64,000 nucleotides of DNA from positions 62,001 through 126,000 of the forward strand of contig JAXLNO010001468.1 in assembly GCA_038087875.1 (NCBI GenBank), read 5' to 3'. This stretch comes from Malacoraja senta. Its lineage: Eukaryota. Position 1 is the first letter of the stretch; every line of letters begins with the position of its first letter. The notes below the pieces were generated by a model. That model ran no database searches. It was not told the DNA's origin and saw nothing but the letters and a program-made list of their open reading frames with translations. This document shows, piece after piece, positions 51,076-63,633 of this stretch. The position numbers and the translations under genes were made by a program.

Positions 51076-51510
51076 CTATTGACTCTGTGCATCTACCCGA
51101 TCTATACATTTCATGATGTCTATTCATGATTGTTACAATCATAGATTATTGCAATTTATAATAATCACCATGACATGTGAGCTCAAGTTTCTGTTCAAGG
51201 AATTAGGCACAAAAAGCTCCAGAACTTTGTGACTTTTTGTTGTTGTAAATCAGCATATACAATTTAATTTTCTTCATCATTACAACTAATTGTTTTTCCT
51301 CACATTGCTCTTTGTGAGAATGTGCTGCACCACATTTCGTTGCTTCACATTTCAAAGGCACTTTATTGGTGATAAAGTGTTTGTATAATCCTTAATCGTA
51401 TGAATGCTCCCCATAAATCCAAGTCATTCTTTCCCCCCCTCGTAAAAATTCAAATGAAAATATTTTTCATATTCAGTTCCTGTAAATTACTCATTAATTT
51501 CCATACAAAC

Positions 51511-51774
51511 CTTGAACCTGGAGATTGTTGATGTTGATCTGCTTCCCCAGAGCATTAGTGGCCTCACATTGATACTGCCCTGCATCAGCTGGCTGGACAG
51601 CACGGATTGTCAATGTCCCATTCTCAGAGTCTAGCTCGCTCCATACGCTCGATGACTGCCTCCTCAGTACCAGCTGGGCAGGGGGGTTGGACTGGGTTGT
51701 GCAACTGAACGTGACCCTGTCTCCTTCCTTCACAGCAGAGGGTGTGATGGAGAGAGTGGTGTTCCTGGGGCTAC
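51511..51774 (-). CDS. Ig-domain exon U1 of the VCAM1-like gene (264 bp, phase 1-1)
   Basis: CAG acceptor, GTTTGT donor; GSPRNTTLSITPSAVKEGDRVTFSC...DAGQYQCEATNALGKQININNLQVQ. Confidence 0.9.
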
Positions 51775-52824
51775 CTGAGACCAGAGGCGTGAGAAATTAA
51801 TGAATTACAAAAGGTTTAGCCAAATCCGTACAAAGAACATAGTCATAGCCATAAAGTGATATAGTGTGGAAACAGGCCCTTCAGCTCAACTTGCCCACAC
51901 AAGCCATCATGTATGCCCCAGCTACACTAGTTCCGCCTGCCCGTGTTTGGTCCATGTCCCTCCAAACCTGTCCTATCCATGTACCTATCTAACTGTTTCT
52001 TAAATGTTGGGATAGTCCCAGCCTCAACTACCTCCTCTAGCAGCTTGTTCCATACACCCACCACCCTTGGTGTAAAAAAATTACCCCTCAGATTCCTATT
52101 GTCTTTTCCCCTACACATTAAACCTATGTTCTCTGGTCCTTGATTCACCTACTCTGGGCAAGAGATTCTGTGCATCTACCCGATCTATTCATATCATTAT
52201 GTCTATTAATGATTGTAACAATCATAGATTATTGCAATGTATAATAATCACCATGACTTGTGAGCTCAAGTTTCTGTTCAAGGAATTAGGCGCAAAAAGC
52301 TAGAAAGTCTCTCCAGTCCTGTGCCAAAGGATGGCAGCAGTTAGTTACACTTTCACATAAGTTGTTCAATTAAAGCCCCTCTAGTTGACATAAAAGATTC
52401 TGTAACACAATTTTAAATTTAAAGTGGCAGAGATCTGCCCAGTTTATTCTAGTATCCTGGTCAATATTTATCACTAAACCAACATCAGTCTGAAGAAGGA
52501 TCCCAACTTGAAACGTTACCCATCCATGTTCTCCAGGGATGTTACCTGACCCACTGAGTTACTCCAGAACTTTGTGTCTTTTTGTTGCTGTAAATCAGCA
52601 TATACAATTTATATTTCTTCATCATAATGTGCTGCACCACATTTCGTTGCTTCACATGTGAAAGGCACTTTATTGGTGATAAAGTGTTTGCGTAGTCCTG
52701 AATGGTATGAATGCTCCCCCATCAATCCAAGTCATTCTTCCCCCCCCCCCCCCTCGTAATAATTCAAGTGAAAATACTTTTCACATTCAGTTCCTGTAAA
52801 TTTCTCATTAATTTCCATACAAAC

Positions 52825-53088
52825 CTTGAACCTGGAGTTTGTTGTTGTTGATCTGCTTCCCCAGAGCATTAGTGGCCTCACATTGATACTGCCCTGCATC
52901 AGCTGGCTGGACAGCACGGATTGTCAATGTCCCATTCTCAGAGTCCAGCTCGCTCCATCCGCTCGATGACTGCCTCCTCAGTACCAGCTGGGCAGGGGGG
53001 TTGGACTGGGTTGTGCAGCTGAACGTGACCCTGTCTCCTTCCTTCACAGCAGAGGGGGTGATGGAGAGAGTGGTGTCCCTGGGCCTAC
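52825..53088 (-). CDS. Ig-domain exon U2
   Basis: Same splice sites; variant GRPRD / SGW / INNNKL. Confidence 0.9.
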
Positions 53089-53291
53089 CTGAAACCAGAG
53101 GCGTGAGAAATAATGAATTGCAAAAGGTTTAGCCAAATCCGTGCAAAGAAACATAGTCATAGCCATAAAGTGATAGTGTGGAAACAGGCCCTTCGGCTCA
53201 ACTTGCCCACACCAGCCATCATGTCCCAGCTACACTAGTCCCGCATGCCCGTGTTTGGTCCATGTCCCTCCAAACCTGTCCTATCCATGTA

Positions 53292-55348
53292 AGCCGTCGC
53301 CTTACCTGCAAACTGGACTCTGTACTGGGCCTGAAGCCTCCACGCTGTTCACTCCCACTCTCCGGGGTTTGACTCCACTGGGTCCTAGCGCTAGTCTGCC
53401 TAGCCCTGGTTATCTCAGTGGCAGTTCCACTGATTCTTCCCCATCCCTCTCCAACAAAAAAACACCCACACCACTGCCCTCTCACCCCCCCACCCCCTGA
53501 CCACCCACCACCCCCCCACCACACATCGCCTCGTCCCCATTACACCCACCTGCCTTCCTCCGGCCCCAACCCCCATCCCTGCCGGGTGTTCACCATCCCC
53601 CCCGACCTCCCCCTCTCCGACATCGAACGGTCTGTCCTCAGCAGAGGTCTTACCTTTGTCCCCCTCCGTCCCCATCTCAATGAGTTCCGTGCCCTCCATG
53701 ACTTGGAACGCTTCTACCGTCGCCTCCGCCTCACAGCTCACTTCCATGGGAAGCAGTCCTCGCTCCCCACTGATGACCCCTTTTCCCGTCTCCAACGCAC
53801 CCCATCCTCATGGAACCCCCCTCGCAGCCTTCCGGCTTTAGAACTCTTTATTAAAAAACTGCCGCCGTGACATCCACCGCCTCAACTTCTCCACTCCCCT
53901 GTCTCACTCCAATCTCTCCCCCCTTGAACGCACTGCCATCGACTCACTCCGCAACAACCTAGATTAGGTTATCAAACCCGCCGACAAGGGAGGTGCCGTG
54001 GTAGTCTGGCGCGTCGACCTCTACAAAGCTGAGGCCACGCGCCAACTCTCGGACACCTCTTCCTACTTACCCCTGGACCATGATGATTGTTTTGGTGCCA
54101 CATCCTGCACCCACACACAACTGACTGACTTCATCCGCTTCACCACCAACTTCCATCCGGCACTTAAATACACCTGGACCATTTCCGACACTTCCCTACC
54201 ATTCCTTGACCTCACTATCTCCATCGCAGGTGATAGACTCCTTACCGACATCCACTACAAACCTACCGACTCCCATGGCTATCTGGACTACACTTCTTCC
54301 CACCCTGCTTCCTGTAAGGACTCCATCCCCCACTCCCAATTCCTCCGTCTACGCCGCATCTGCTCCCAGGATGAGGCGTTCCACACCAGGGCATCTGAAA
54401 TGTCCTCATTCTTCAGGGAACGGGGGTTCCCCTCCTCCACCATAGATGAGGCTCGCACCAGGGTCTCTGCCATACCCCGCAACACTGCTCTCTCTCCCCA
54501 TCCCCCCACTCACAACAAAGGCAGAGTCCCCCTAGTCCTCACCTTTCACCCCACCAGCCGTCACATACAACAAGTGATCCTCCGTCAGTTTCGCCACCTC
54601 CAACGTGACCCCACCACTCGCCACATCTTCCCATCTCCCCCTATGTCTGCCTTCCGCAAAGACCGCTCCCTCCGTAACTCCCTTGTCAATTCTTCCCTTC
54701 CCTCCCATACCACCCCCTCCCCTGGTACTTTCCCTTGCAACCGCAAGAGATGCAACACTTGTCCCTTCACTTCCCCCCTCCACTCCATTCCAGGACCCAA
54801 GCAGTCGTTCCAGGTGCGACAGAGGTTCACCTGCACCTCCTCCAACCTCATCTATTGCATTCGCTGCTCTAGATGCCAGCTGATCTACATCGGTGAGACC
54901 AAGCGGAGGCTTGGCGATCGTTTCGCCGAACACCTCCGGTCGGTCCGCAATAACCAACCTGAATTCCCGGTGGCTCAGCACTTCAACTCCCCCTCCCATT
55001 CCGTATCTGACCTCTCTGTCCTGGGTCTCCTCCATGGCCACAGCGAGCAACACCGTAAATTGGAGGAAATGCACCTCATATTCCGCTTGGGCAGTCTACA
55101 CCCTGGTGGCCTGAACGTTGAATTCTCCCAATTCTGCTAGCCCTGGCTGCCCCCTCCCCTTCATCAGCCATCTGGTTGTCTCCTCCCCTCCCCCAACCCT
55201 CGGGCTCCTCCTCCCTCCTTTTCCTTTTTTCCTTTCTTCTCCCCACCCCCTATCAGTCTGAAGAAGGGTTTCGGCCCGAAACGTTACCTATTTCCTTCGC
55301 TCCATAGATGCTGCTGCACCCGCTGAGTTTCTCCAGCATTTTTGTGTA
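53292..55348 (+). mobile_element. Penelope-like element (RT + GIY-YIG), internally deleted, intronic
   Basis: 11-bp TSD CTATCCATGTA (53281..53291, 55349..55359); LSRGLTFVP, IKPADKGG and IYCIRC..C.LIYIGETKRRLGDRFAEH; RT core missing at ~54085. Confidence 0.93.
55258..55285 (+). ncRNA. Minimal hammerhead ribozyme-like motif in the Penelope 3' region
   Basis: CTGAAGA, one extra A, stem II GGG-TTTCGG-CCC, GAAAC, palindromic ACGT helix III; the cleavage triplet would be GUU. Confidence 0.6.
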
Positions 55349-56236
55349 CTATCCATGTACCTGTCTGACTGTTTCTTAAATGTTTGGATAGTCCCAGCCT
55401 CAACTACCTCCTCTAGCAGCTTGTTCCGTACACCCACCACCCTTGGTGTAAAAAAAATACCCCTCAGATCCCTATTAAGTCTTTTCCCCTACACATTAAA
55501 CCTATGTTCTCTGGTCCTTGATTCACCTACTCTGGGCAAGAGATTCTGTGCATCTACCCGATCTATTCATCTCATGATGTATATTAACGATTGTTACAAT
55601 CATAGATTATTGCAATGTATGATAATCACCATGAGATGTGGGTTTAAGTTTTTGTTCAAGGAATTAGGCACAAAAAGCTAGAAAGTCTCTCCAGTCCTCT
55701 GCCAAAGGATGGCAGCAGTTAGTTACACTTTCACATAAGTTGTTAAATTAAAGTCTCCTCTAGTTGACATAAAAGATTCTGTAACACAATTTTAAATTTA
55801 AAGTGGCAGAGTTCTGCCCAATTTATTCTAGTATCCTGGTCAATATTTATCACTAAACCAACATCAGTCTAAAGAAGGATCCCAACTTGAAACGTTACCC
55901 ATCCATGTTCTCCAGGGATGTTACCTGACCCACTGAGTTACTCCAGAACTTTGTGTCCTTTTGTTGTTGTAAATCAGCATATACAATTTATATTTCTTCA
56001 TCATAACAACTAATTGTTTTTCCTCACATTGCTCTTTGTGAGAATGTGCTGCACCACATTTCGTTGCTTCACATGTCAAAGGCACTTTATTGGTGATAGT
56101 GCTTGCGTAGTCCTGAATGGTATGAATGCTCCCCCATAAATCCAAGTCATTCTCCCCGCCCCCCCTCGTAATAATTCAAGTGAAAATACTTTTCACATTC
56201 AGTTCCTGTAAATTTCTCATTAATTTCCATACAAAC

Positions 56237-56500
56237 CTTGAACCTGGAGATTGTTGATGTTGATCTGCTTCCCCAGAGCATTAGTGGCCTCACATTGATA
56301 CTGCCCTGCATCAGCTGGCTGGACAGCACGGATTGTCAATGTCCCATTCTCAGAGTCTAGCTCGCTCCATACGCTCGATGACTGCCTCCTCAGTACCAGC
56401 TGGGCAGGGGGGTTGGACTGGGTTGTGCAACTGAACGTGACCCTGTCTCCTTCCTTCACAGCAGAGGGGGTGATGGAGAGAGTGGTGTTCCTGGGGCTAC
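56237..56500 (-). CDS. Ig-domain exon U3
   Basis: Same splice sites; protein identical to U1. Confidence 0.9.
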
Positions 56501-57549
56501 CTGAGACCAGAGGCGTGAGAAATTAATGAATTACAAAAGGTTTAGCCAAATCCGTACAAAGAACATAGTCATAGCCATAAAGTGATATAGTGTGGAAACA
56601 GGCCCTTCAGCTCAAGTTGCCCACACCAGCCATCATGTATGCCCCAGCTACACTAGTTCCGCCTGCCCGTGTTTGGTCCATGTCCCTCCAAACCTGTCCT
56701 ATCCATGTACCTATCTAACTGTTTCTTAAATGTTGGGATAGTCCCAGCCTCAACTACCTCCTCTAGCAGCTTGTTCCATACACCCACCACCCTTGGTGTA
56801 AAAAAATTACCCCTCAGATTCCTATTGTCTTTTCCCCTACACATTAAACCTATGTTCTCTGGTCCTTGATTCACCTACTCTGGGCAAGAGATTCTGTGCA
56901 TCTACCCGATCTATTCATATCATTATGTCTATTAATGATTGTAACAATCATAGATTATTGCAATGTATAATAATCACCATGACTTGTGAGCTCAAGTTTC
57001 TGTTCAAGGAATTAGGCGCAAAAAGCTAGAAAGTCTCTCCAGTCCTGTGCCAAAGGATGGCAGCAGTTAGTTACACTTTCACGTAAGTTGTTCAATTAAA
57101 GCCCCTCTAGTTGACATAATAGATTCTGTAACACAATTTTAAATTTAAAGTGGCAGAGATCTGCCCAGTTTATTCTAGTATCCTGGTCAATATTTATCAC
57201 TAAACCAACAACAGTCTGAAGAAGGATCCCAACTTGAAACGTTACCCATCCATGTTCTCCAGGGATGTTACCTGACCCACTGAGTTACTCCAGAACTTTG
57301 TGTCTTTTTGTTGCTGTAAATCAGCATATACAATTTATATTTCTTCATCATAATGTGCTGCACTACATTTCGTTGCTTCACATGTCAAAGGCACTTTATT
57401 GGTGATAAAGTGTTTGCGTAGTCCTGAATGGTATGAATGCTCCCCCATCAATCCAAGTCATTCTTCCCCCCCCCCCCCTCGTAATAATTCAAGTGAAAAT
57501 ACTTTTCACATTCAGTTCCTGTAAATTTCTCATTAATTTCCATACAAAC

Positions 57550-57813
57550 CTTGAACCTGGAGTTTGTTGTTGTTGATCTGCTTCCCCAGAGCATTAGTGG
57601 CCTCACATTGATACTGCCCTGCATCAGCTGGCTGGACAGCACGGATTGTCAATGTCCCATTCTCAGAGTCTAGCTCGATCCATACGCTCGATGACTGCCT
57701 CCTCAGTACCAGCTGGGCAAGGGGGTTGGACTGGGTTGTGCAACTGAACGTGACCCTGTCTCCTTCCTTCACAGCAGAGGGGGTGATGGAGAGAGTGGTG
57801 TTCCTGGGGCTAC
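57550..57813 (-). CDS. Ig-domain exon U4
   Basis: GSPRN / NPLAQ / VWI / INNNKL variant; splice sites intact. Confidence 0.9.
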
Positions 57814-58861
57814 CTGAGACCAGAGGCGTGAGAAATTAATGAATTACAAAAGGTTTAGCCAAATCCGTACAAAGAACATAGTCATAGCCATAAAGTGATA
57901 TAGTGTGGAAACAGGCCCTTCAGCTCAACTTGCCCACACCAGTCATCATGTATGCCCCAGCTACACTAGTTCCGCCTGCCCGTGTTTGGTCCATGTCCCT
58001 CCAAACCTGTCCTATCCATGTACCTATCTAACTGTTTCTTAAATGTTGGGATAGTCCCAGCCTCAACTACCTCCTCTAGCAGCTTGTTCCATACACCCAC
58101 CACCCTTGGTGTAAAAAAATTACCCCTCAGATTCCTATTGTCTTTTCCCCTACACATTAAACCTATGTTCTCTGGTCCTTGATTCACCTACTCTGGGCAA
58201 GAGATTCTGTGCATCTACCCGATCTATTCATATCATTATGTCTATTAATGATTGTAACAATCATAGATTATTGCAATGTATAATAATCACCATGACTTGT
58301 GAGCTCAAGTTTCTGTTCAAGGAATTAGGCGCAAAAAGCTAGAAAGTCTCTCCAGTCCTGTGCCAAAGGATGGCAGCAGTTAGTTACACTTTCACATAAG
58401 TTGTTCAATTAAAGCCCCTCTAGTTGACATAAAAGATTCTGTAACACAATTTTAAATTTAAAGTGGCAGAGATCTGCCCAGTTTATTCTAGTATCCTGGT
58501 CAATATTTATCACTAAACCAACATCAGTCTGAAGAAGGATCCCAACTTGAAACGTTACCCATCCATGTTCTCCAGGGATGTTACCTGACCTACTGAGTTA
58601 CTCCAGAACTTTGTGTCTTTTTCTTGCTGTAAATCAGCATATACAATTTATATTTCTTCGTCATAATGTGCTGCACTACATTTCGTTGCTTCACATGTCA
58701 AAGGCACTTTATTGGTGATAAAGTGTTTGCGTAGTCCTGAATGGTATGAATGCTCCCCCATCAATCCAAGTCATTCTTCCCCCCCCCCCCTCGTAATAAT
58801 TCAAGTGAAAATACTTTTCACATTCAGTTCCTGTAAATTTCTCATTAATTTCCATACAAAC

Positions 58862-59125
58862 CTTGAACCTGGAGTTTGTTGTTGTTGATCTGCTTCCCCA
58901 GAGCATTAGTGGCCTCACATTGATACTGCCCTGCATCAGCTGGCTGGACAGCACGGATTGTCAATGTCCCATTCTCAGAGTCCAGCTCGCTCCATCCGCT
59001 CGATGACTGCCTCCTCAGTACCAGCTGGGCAGGGGGGTTGGACTGGGTTGTGCAGCTGAACGTGACCCTGTCTCCTTCCTTCACAGCAGAGGGGGTGATG
59101 GAGAGAGTGGTGTCCCTGGGCCTAC
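58862..59125 (-). CDS. Ig-domain exon U5
   Basis: Protein identical to U2; splice sites intact. Confidence 0.9.
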
Positions 59126-60201
59126 CTGAAACCAGAGGCGTGAGAAATTAATGAATTGCAAAAGGTTTAGCCAAATCCGTGCAAAGAAACATAGTCATAG
59201 CCATAAAGTGATAGTGTGGAAACAGGCCCTTCGGCTCAACTTGCCCACACCAGCCATCATGTCCCAGCTACACTAGTCCCGCATGCCCGTGTTTGGTCCA
59301 TGTCCCTCCAAACCTGTCCTATCCATGTACCTGTCTGACTGTTTCTTAAATGTTGGGATAGTCCCAGCCTCAACTACCTCCTCTAGCAGCTTGTTCCATA
59401 CACCCACCACCCTTGGTGTAAAAAAATTACCCCTCAGATTCCTATTAAGTCTTATCCCCTACACATTAAACCTATGTTCTCTGGTCCTCGATTCACCTAC
59501 TCTGGGCAAGAGACTCTGTGCATCTACCCGATCTATTCATATCATTATGTATATTAATGATTGTTACAATCATAGATTATTGCAATGTATGATAATCACC
59601 ATGAGATGTGGGTTTAAGTTTTTGTTCAAGGAATTAGGCACAAAAAGCTAGAAAGTCTCTCCAGTCCTGTGCCAAAGGATGGCAGCAGTTAGTTACACTT
59701 TCACATAAGTTGTTAATTTAAAGTTTCCTCTAATTGACATAAAAGATTCTGTAACACAATTTAAAATTTAAAGTGGCAGAGTTCTGCCCAATTTATTCTA
59801 GTATCCTGGTCAATATTTATCACTAAACCAACATCAGTCTGAAGAAGGATCCCAACTTGAAACGTTACCCATCCATGTTCTCCAGGGATGTTACCTGACC
59901 CACTGAGTTACTCCAGAACTTTGTCTTTTTGTTGTTGTAAATCAGCATATACAATTTATATTTCTTCATCATAACAACTAATTGTTTTTCCTCACATTGG
60001 TCTTTGTGAGAATGTGCTGCACCACATTTCGTTGCTTCACATGTCAAAGGCACTTTATTGGTGATAAAGTGTTTGCGTAGTCCTGAATGGTATGAATGCT
60101 CCCCCATAAATCCAAGTCATTCTCCCCCCCTCGTAATAATTCAAGTGAAAATACTTTTCACATTCAGTTCCTGTAAATTTCTCATTAATTTCCATACAAA
60201 C

Positions 60202-60465
60202 CTTGAACCTGGAGTTTGTTGTTGTTGATCTGCTTCCCCAGAGCATTAGTGGCCTCACATTGATACTGTCCTGCATCAGCTGGCTGGACAGCACGGATTG
60301 TCAATGTCCCATTCTCAGAGTCTAGCTCGCTCCATCCGCTCGATGACTGCCTCCTCAGTACCAGCTGGGCAGGGGGGTTGGACTGGGTTGTGCAGCTGAA
60401 CGTGACCCTGTCTCCTTCCTTCACAGCAGAGGGGGTGATGGAGAGAGTGGTGTCCCTGGGGCTAC
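60202..60465 (-). CDS. Ig-domain exon U6
   Basis: GSPRD / SGW / INNNKL variant; splice sites intact. Confidence 0.9.
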
Positions 60466-60905
60466 CTGAGACCAGAGGCGTGAGAAATTAATGAATTGCA
60501 AAAGGTTTAGCCAAATCCGTGCAAAGAAACATAGTCATAGCCATAACGTGATATAGTGTGGAAACAGGCCCTTAGGCTCAACTTGCCCACACCAGCCATC
60601 ATGTATGTCCCAGCTACACTAGTCCCGCCTGCCCGTGTTTGCTCCATGTCCCTCCAAACCTGTCCTATCCATGTATCTGTCTGACTGTTTCTTAAATGTT
60701 GGGATAGTCCCAGCCTCAACTACCTCCTCTAGCAGCTTGTTCCATACACCCACCACCCTTGGTGTAAAAAAATTACCCCTCAGATTCCTATTAAGTCTTT
60801 TCCCCTACACATTAAACCTATGGTCTCTGGTCCTTGATTCACCTACTCTGGGCAAGAGATTCTGTGCATCTACCCGATCTATTCATCTCATGATGTATAT
60901 TAATG

Positions 60906-63633
60906 TCTTCTGAGACGCCCAGGGACCGTTGCAGAAGGAGGAGCAGCGTCCGGGTGGTGAGTAGATAAACGGCGCGGGGCTTTGCTTTCCAGACGCCCAG
61001 GGACCGTTGCAGAAGGAGGAGCAGCGTCCGGGTGGTGAGTAGATAAACGGCGCGGGGCTTTGCTTTCCAGACGCCCAGGGACCGTTGAACCAAAACTGCA
61101 ACGTTCCATTCAAGTTTCCTATAAGTGAGGAAGCCGCTGATTGGTGGAAGAGGACCAAGAGAAAGCAGCTGATTGGTGGAAGAGGACAAAGAGAAAGCAG
61201 CTGATTGGGAGTCAGATCCCTGCTGATTTCCTCCACCAGTTTTGTATTGTATCCAGGGTAAGGGGGGAGAATGAGGGCCAGGGCAGTTTACTGTTCTGGA
61301 TGTCAGATGTGGGAGGTCATGGAGTCTGATACCCCTCCAGACTTTCACATCTGTGCCAGGTGCGTAGAGATGGGGTTCCTAAGGGACCGTGTTAGGAACC
61401 TGGAGCAGCAGCTCGATGACCTCTGTCTGATCAGGGAGAGTGAGGAGGTCATAGAAAAGAGTTATAGGGAGGTGGCCACTCCAAGACCACGGGAGGCAGA
61501 CAAGTGGGTCACGGTTAGGAAGGGCAAGGAGCAGAGGCAGGGACTAGTGAGTACCCCAGTGGCTGTACACCTTGAAAATAAGTACTCCTGTTTGAGTACT
61601 GTTGAGGGGGACAGCCTTCCTGCGGGTAGCAACAGCGGCCGGGCCTCCGGCACAGAGACCAGCCCGATTGCTCAGAAGGGTAGGGAAAAGAAGAGGAGGG
61701 CAATAGTAATAGGGGACTCTATGGTTAGGGGGTCGGATAGGCGATTCTGTGGACGCAGTCAGGAGACCCGGATGGTAGTTTGCCTCCCTGGTGCCAGGGT
61801 CAGGGATGTGTCTGAACGCGTCCAAGATATCCTGAAATCGGAGGGAGAGGAGCCTGAGGTTGTGGTACATATAGGTACCAATGATATAGGTAGAAAAAGA
61901 GAAGAGGTCTTGAAAGGAGAATTTAGGGAGTTGGGAGGAGAGTTACGGAGAAGGACTACAAAGGTAACAATCTCAGGATTACTACCTGTGCCACGCGACG
62001 GTGAGAGTAGGAATGGAGTGAGGTGGAGGATAAATGCGTGGCTGAGGAACTGGTGCAGCGGGCAGGGATTCAATTTCTGGATCATTGGGACCTCTTTTGG
62101 GGAAGGTGTGACCTGTACAGAAAGGACGGGTTGCACTTGAACACGAGGGGGACCAATATCCTGGCGGGGAGATTTGCAAAGGCTACTGGGGAGACTTTAA
62201 ACTACAACGGTTGGGGGGAGGGACTCAAATAGAGAAAGCTAGTGGAAAATGTGGGAGGCAGGAGGCAGAGAAGGGAAGCACTCGGACCCAAAATGTAGGG
62301 GAGAAAGAAGAAAAAGATAATAAACAGAGAATAAGTGGTGGTGGGTTTCTTAAATGTGTATATTTTAATGCTAGGAGCATTGTAAGAAAGGTGGATGAAC
62401 TTAGAGCCTGGATTGACACCTGGAAGTATGATGTTGTGGCGATCAGTGAAACATGGTTGCAGGAGGGCTGTGATTGGCAAATAAATATTCCAGGATTTCG
62501 TTGCTTCAGGGGTGATAGAATTGGAGGGGCAAGAGGTGGGGGTGTTGCATTGCTTGTCAAGGAAGATATTACAGCAGTGCTTTGGCAGGATAGATTAGAG
62601 GGCTCGTCTAGGGAGGCTATTTGGGTGGAACTGAGAAATGGGAAAGGTGTAGCAACACTTATAAGGGTGTATTATAGACCGCCAAATGGGGAGCGGGAAT
62701 TGGAAGAGCAAATATGTAAGGAGATAGCAGATATTAGTAGTAAGCACAAGGTAGTGATTGTGGGAGATTTCAATTTTCCACACATAGACTGGGAAACACA
62801 TTCTGTAAAAGGGCTGGATGGTTTGGAGTTTGTAAAATGTGTGCAAGATAGTTTTTTGCAGCAATACATAGAGGTACCTACTAGAGAAGGGGCAGTGCTG
62901 GACCTCCTGTTAGGAAATGAGACAGGGCAGGTGGCGGAGGTATGCGTCGGGGAGCACTTCGGGTCCAGTGATCACAATACCATTAGTTTCAATATAATTA
63001 TGGAGAGTGTCAGAACTGGACCTAGGGTTGAGACTTTTGTTTGGAGAAAGGCTAACTTTGAGGAGATGCGAAAGGATTTAAAAGGAGTGAATTGGGACAT
63101 GTTGTTTTATGGGAAGGATGTAGAAGAAAAATGGAGGACATTTAAGGGTGAAATTTTAAGAGTACAGAATCTTTATGTCCCTGTTCGGTTGAAAGGAAAT
63201 AGTAAAAAATGGAAAGAGCCATGGTTTTCAAGGGAAATTGGACACGGTTCGGAAAAAGAGAGAGATCTACAATAATTATAGGCAGCATGGAGTAAATGAG
63301 GTGCTTGAGGAGTATAAAGAATGTAAAAAGAATATTAAGAAAGAAATTAGAAAAGCTAAAAGAAGATATGAGGTTGCTTTGGCAAGTAAGGTGAAAGTAA
63401 ATCCAAAGGGTTTCTACAGCTATATTAATAGCAAAATGATAACAAGGAATAAAATTGGTCCATTAGAGAGTCAGAGTGGACAGCTATCTGCAGAGCCAAA
63501 AGAGATGGGGGAGATATTGAACAATTTCTTTTCTTCGGTATTTACGAAGGAGAAGAATATGGAATTATGTGAGGTAAGGGAAACAAGCAGAGTAGCAATG
63601 GAAACTGTGAGATTCAAAGAAGAGGAGGTGCGG
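60906..63633 (+). mobile_element. CR1 with intact 5'UTR and ORF1 but a truncated 3' end
   Basis: 78-bp monomers, CTGATTGG repeats, ORF1 at ~61271..62205 (SGNH esterase), ORF2 endonuclease 62211..63275; ends abruptly in intron sequence. Confidence 0.92.

Noticed and set aside
51494-60424. Six 79-aa ORFs 'MKEGDRVTF...GLYGN' as stand-alone small genes
   Set aside because: The start is an internal GTG (Val) and GLYGN is read-through past the GT donor; they are internal exons with flanking splice sites.
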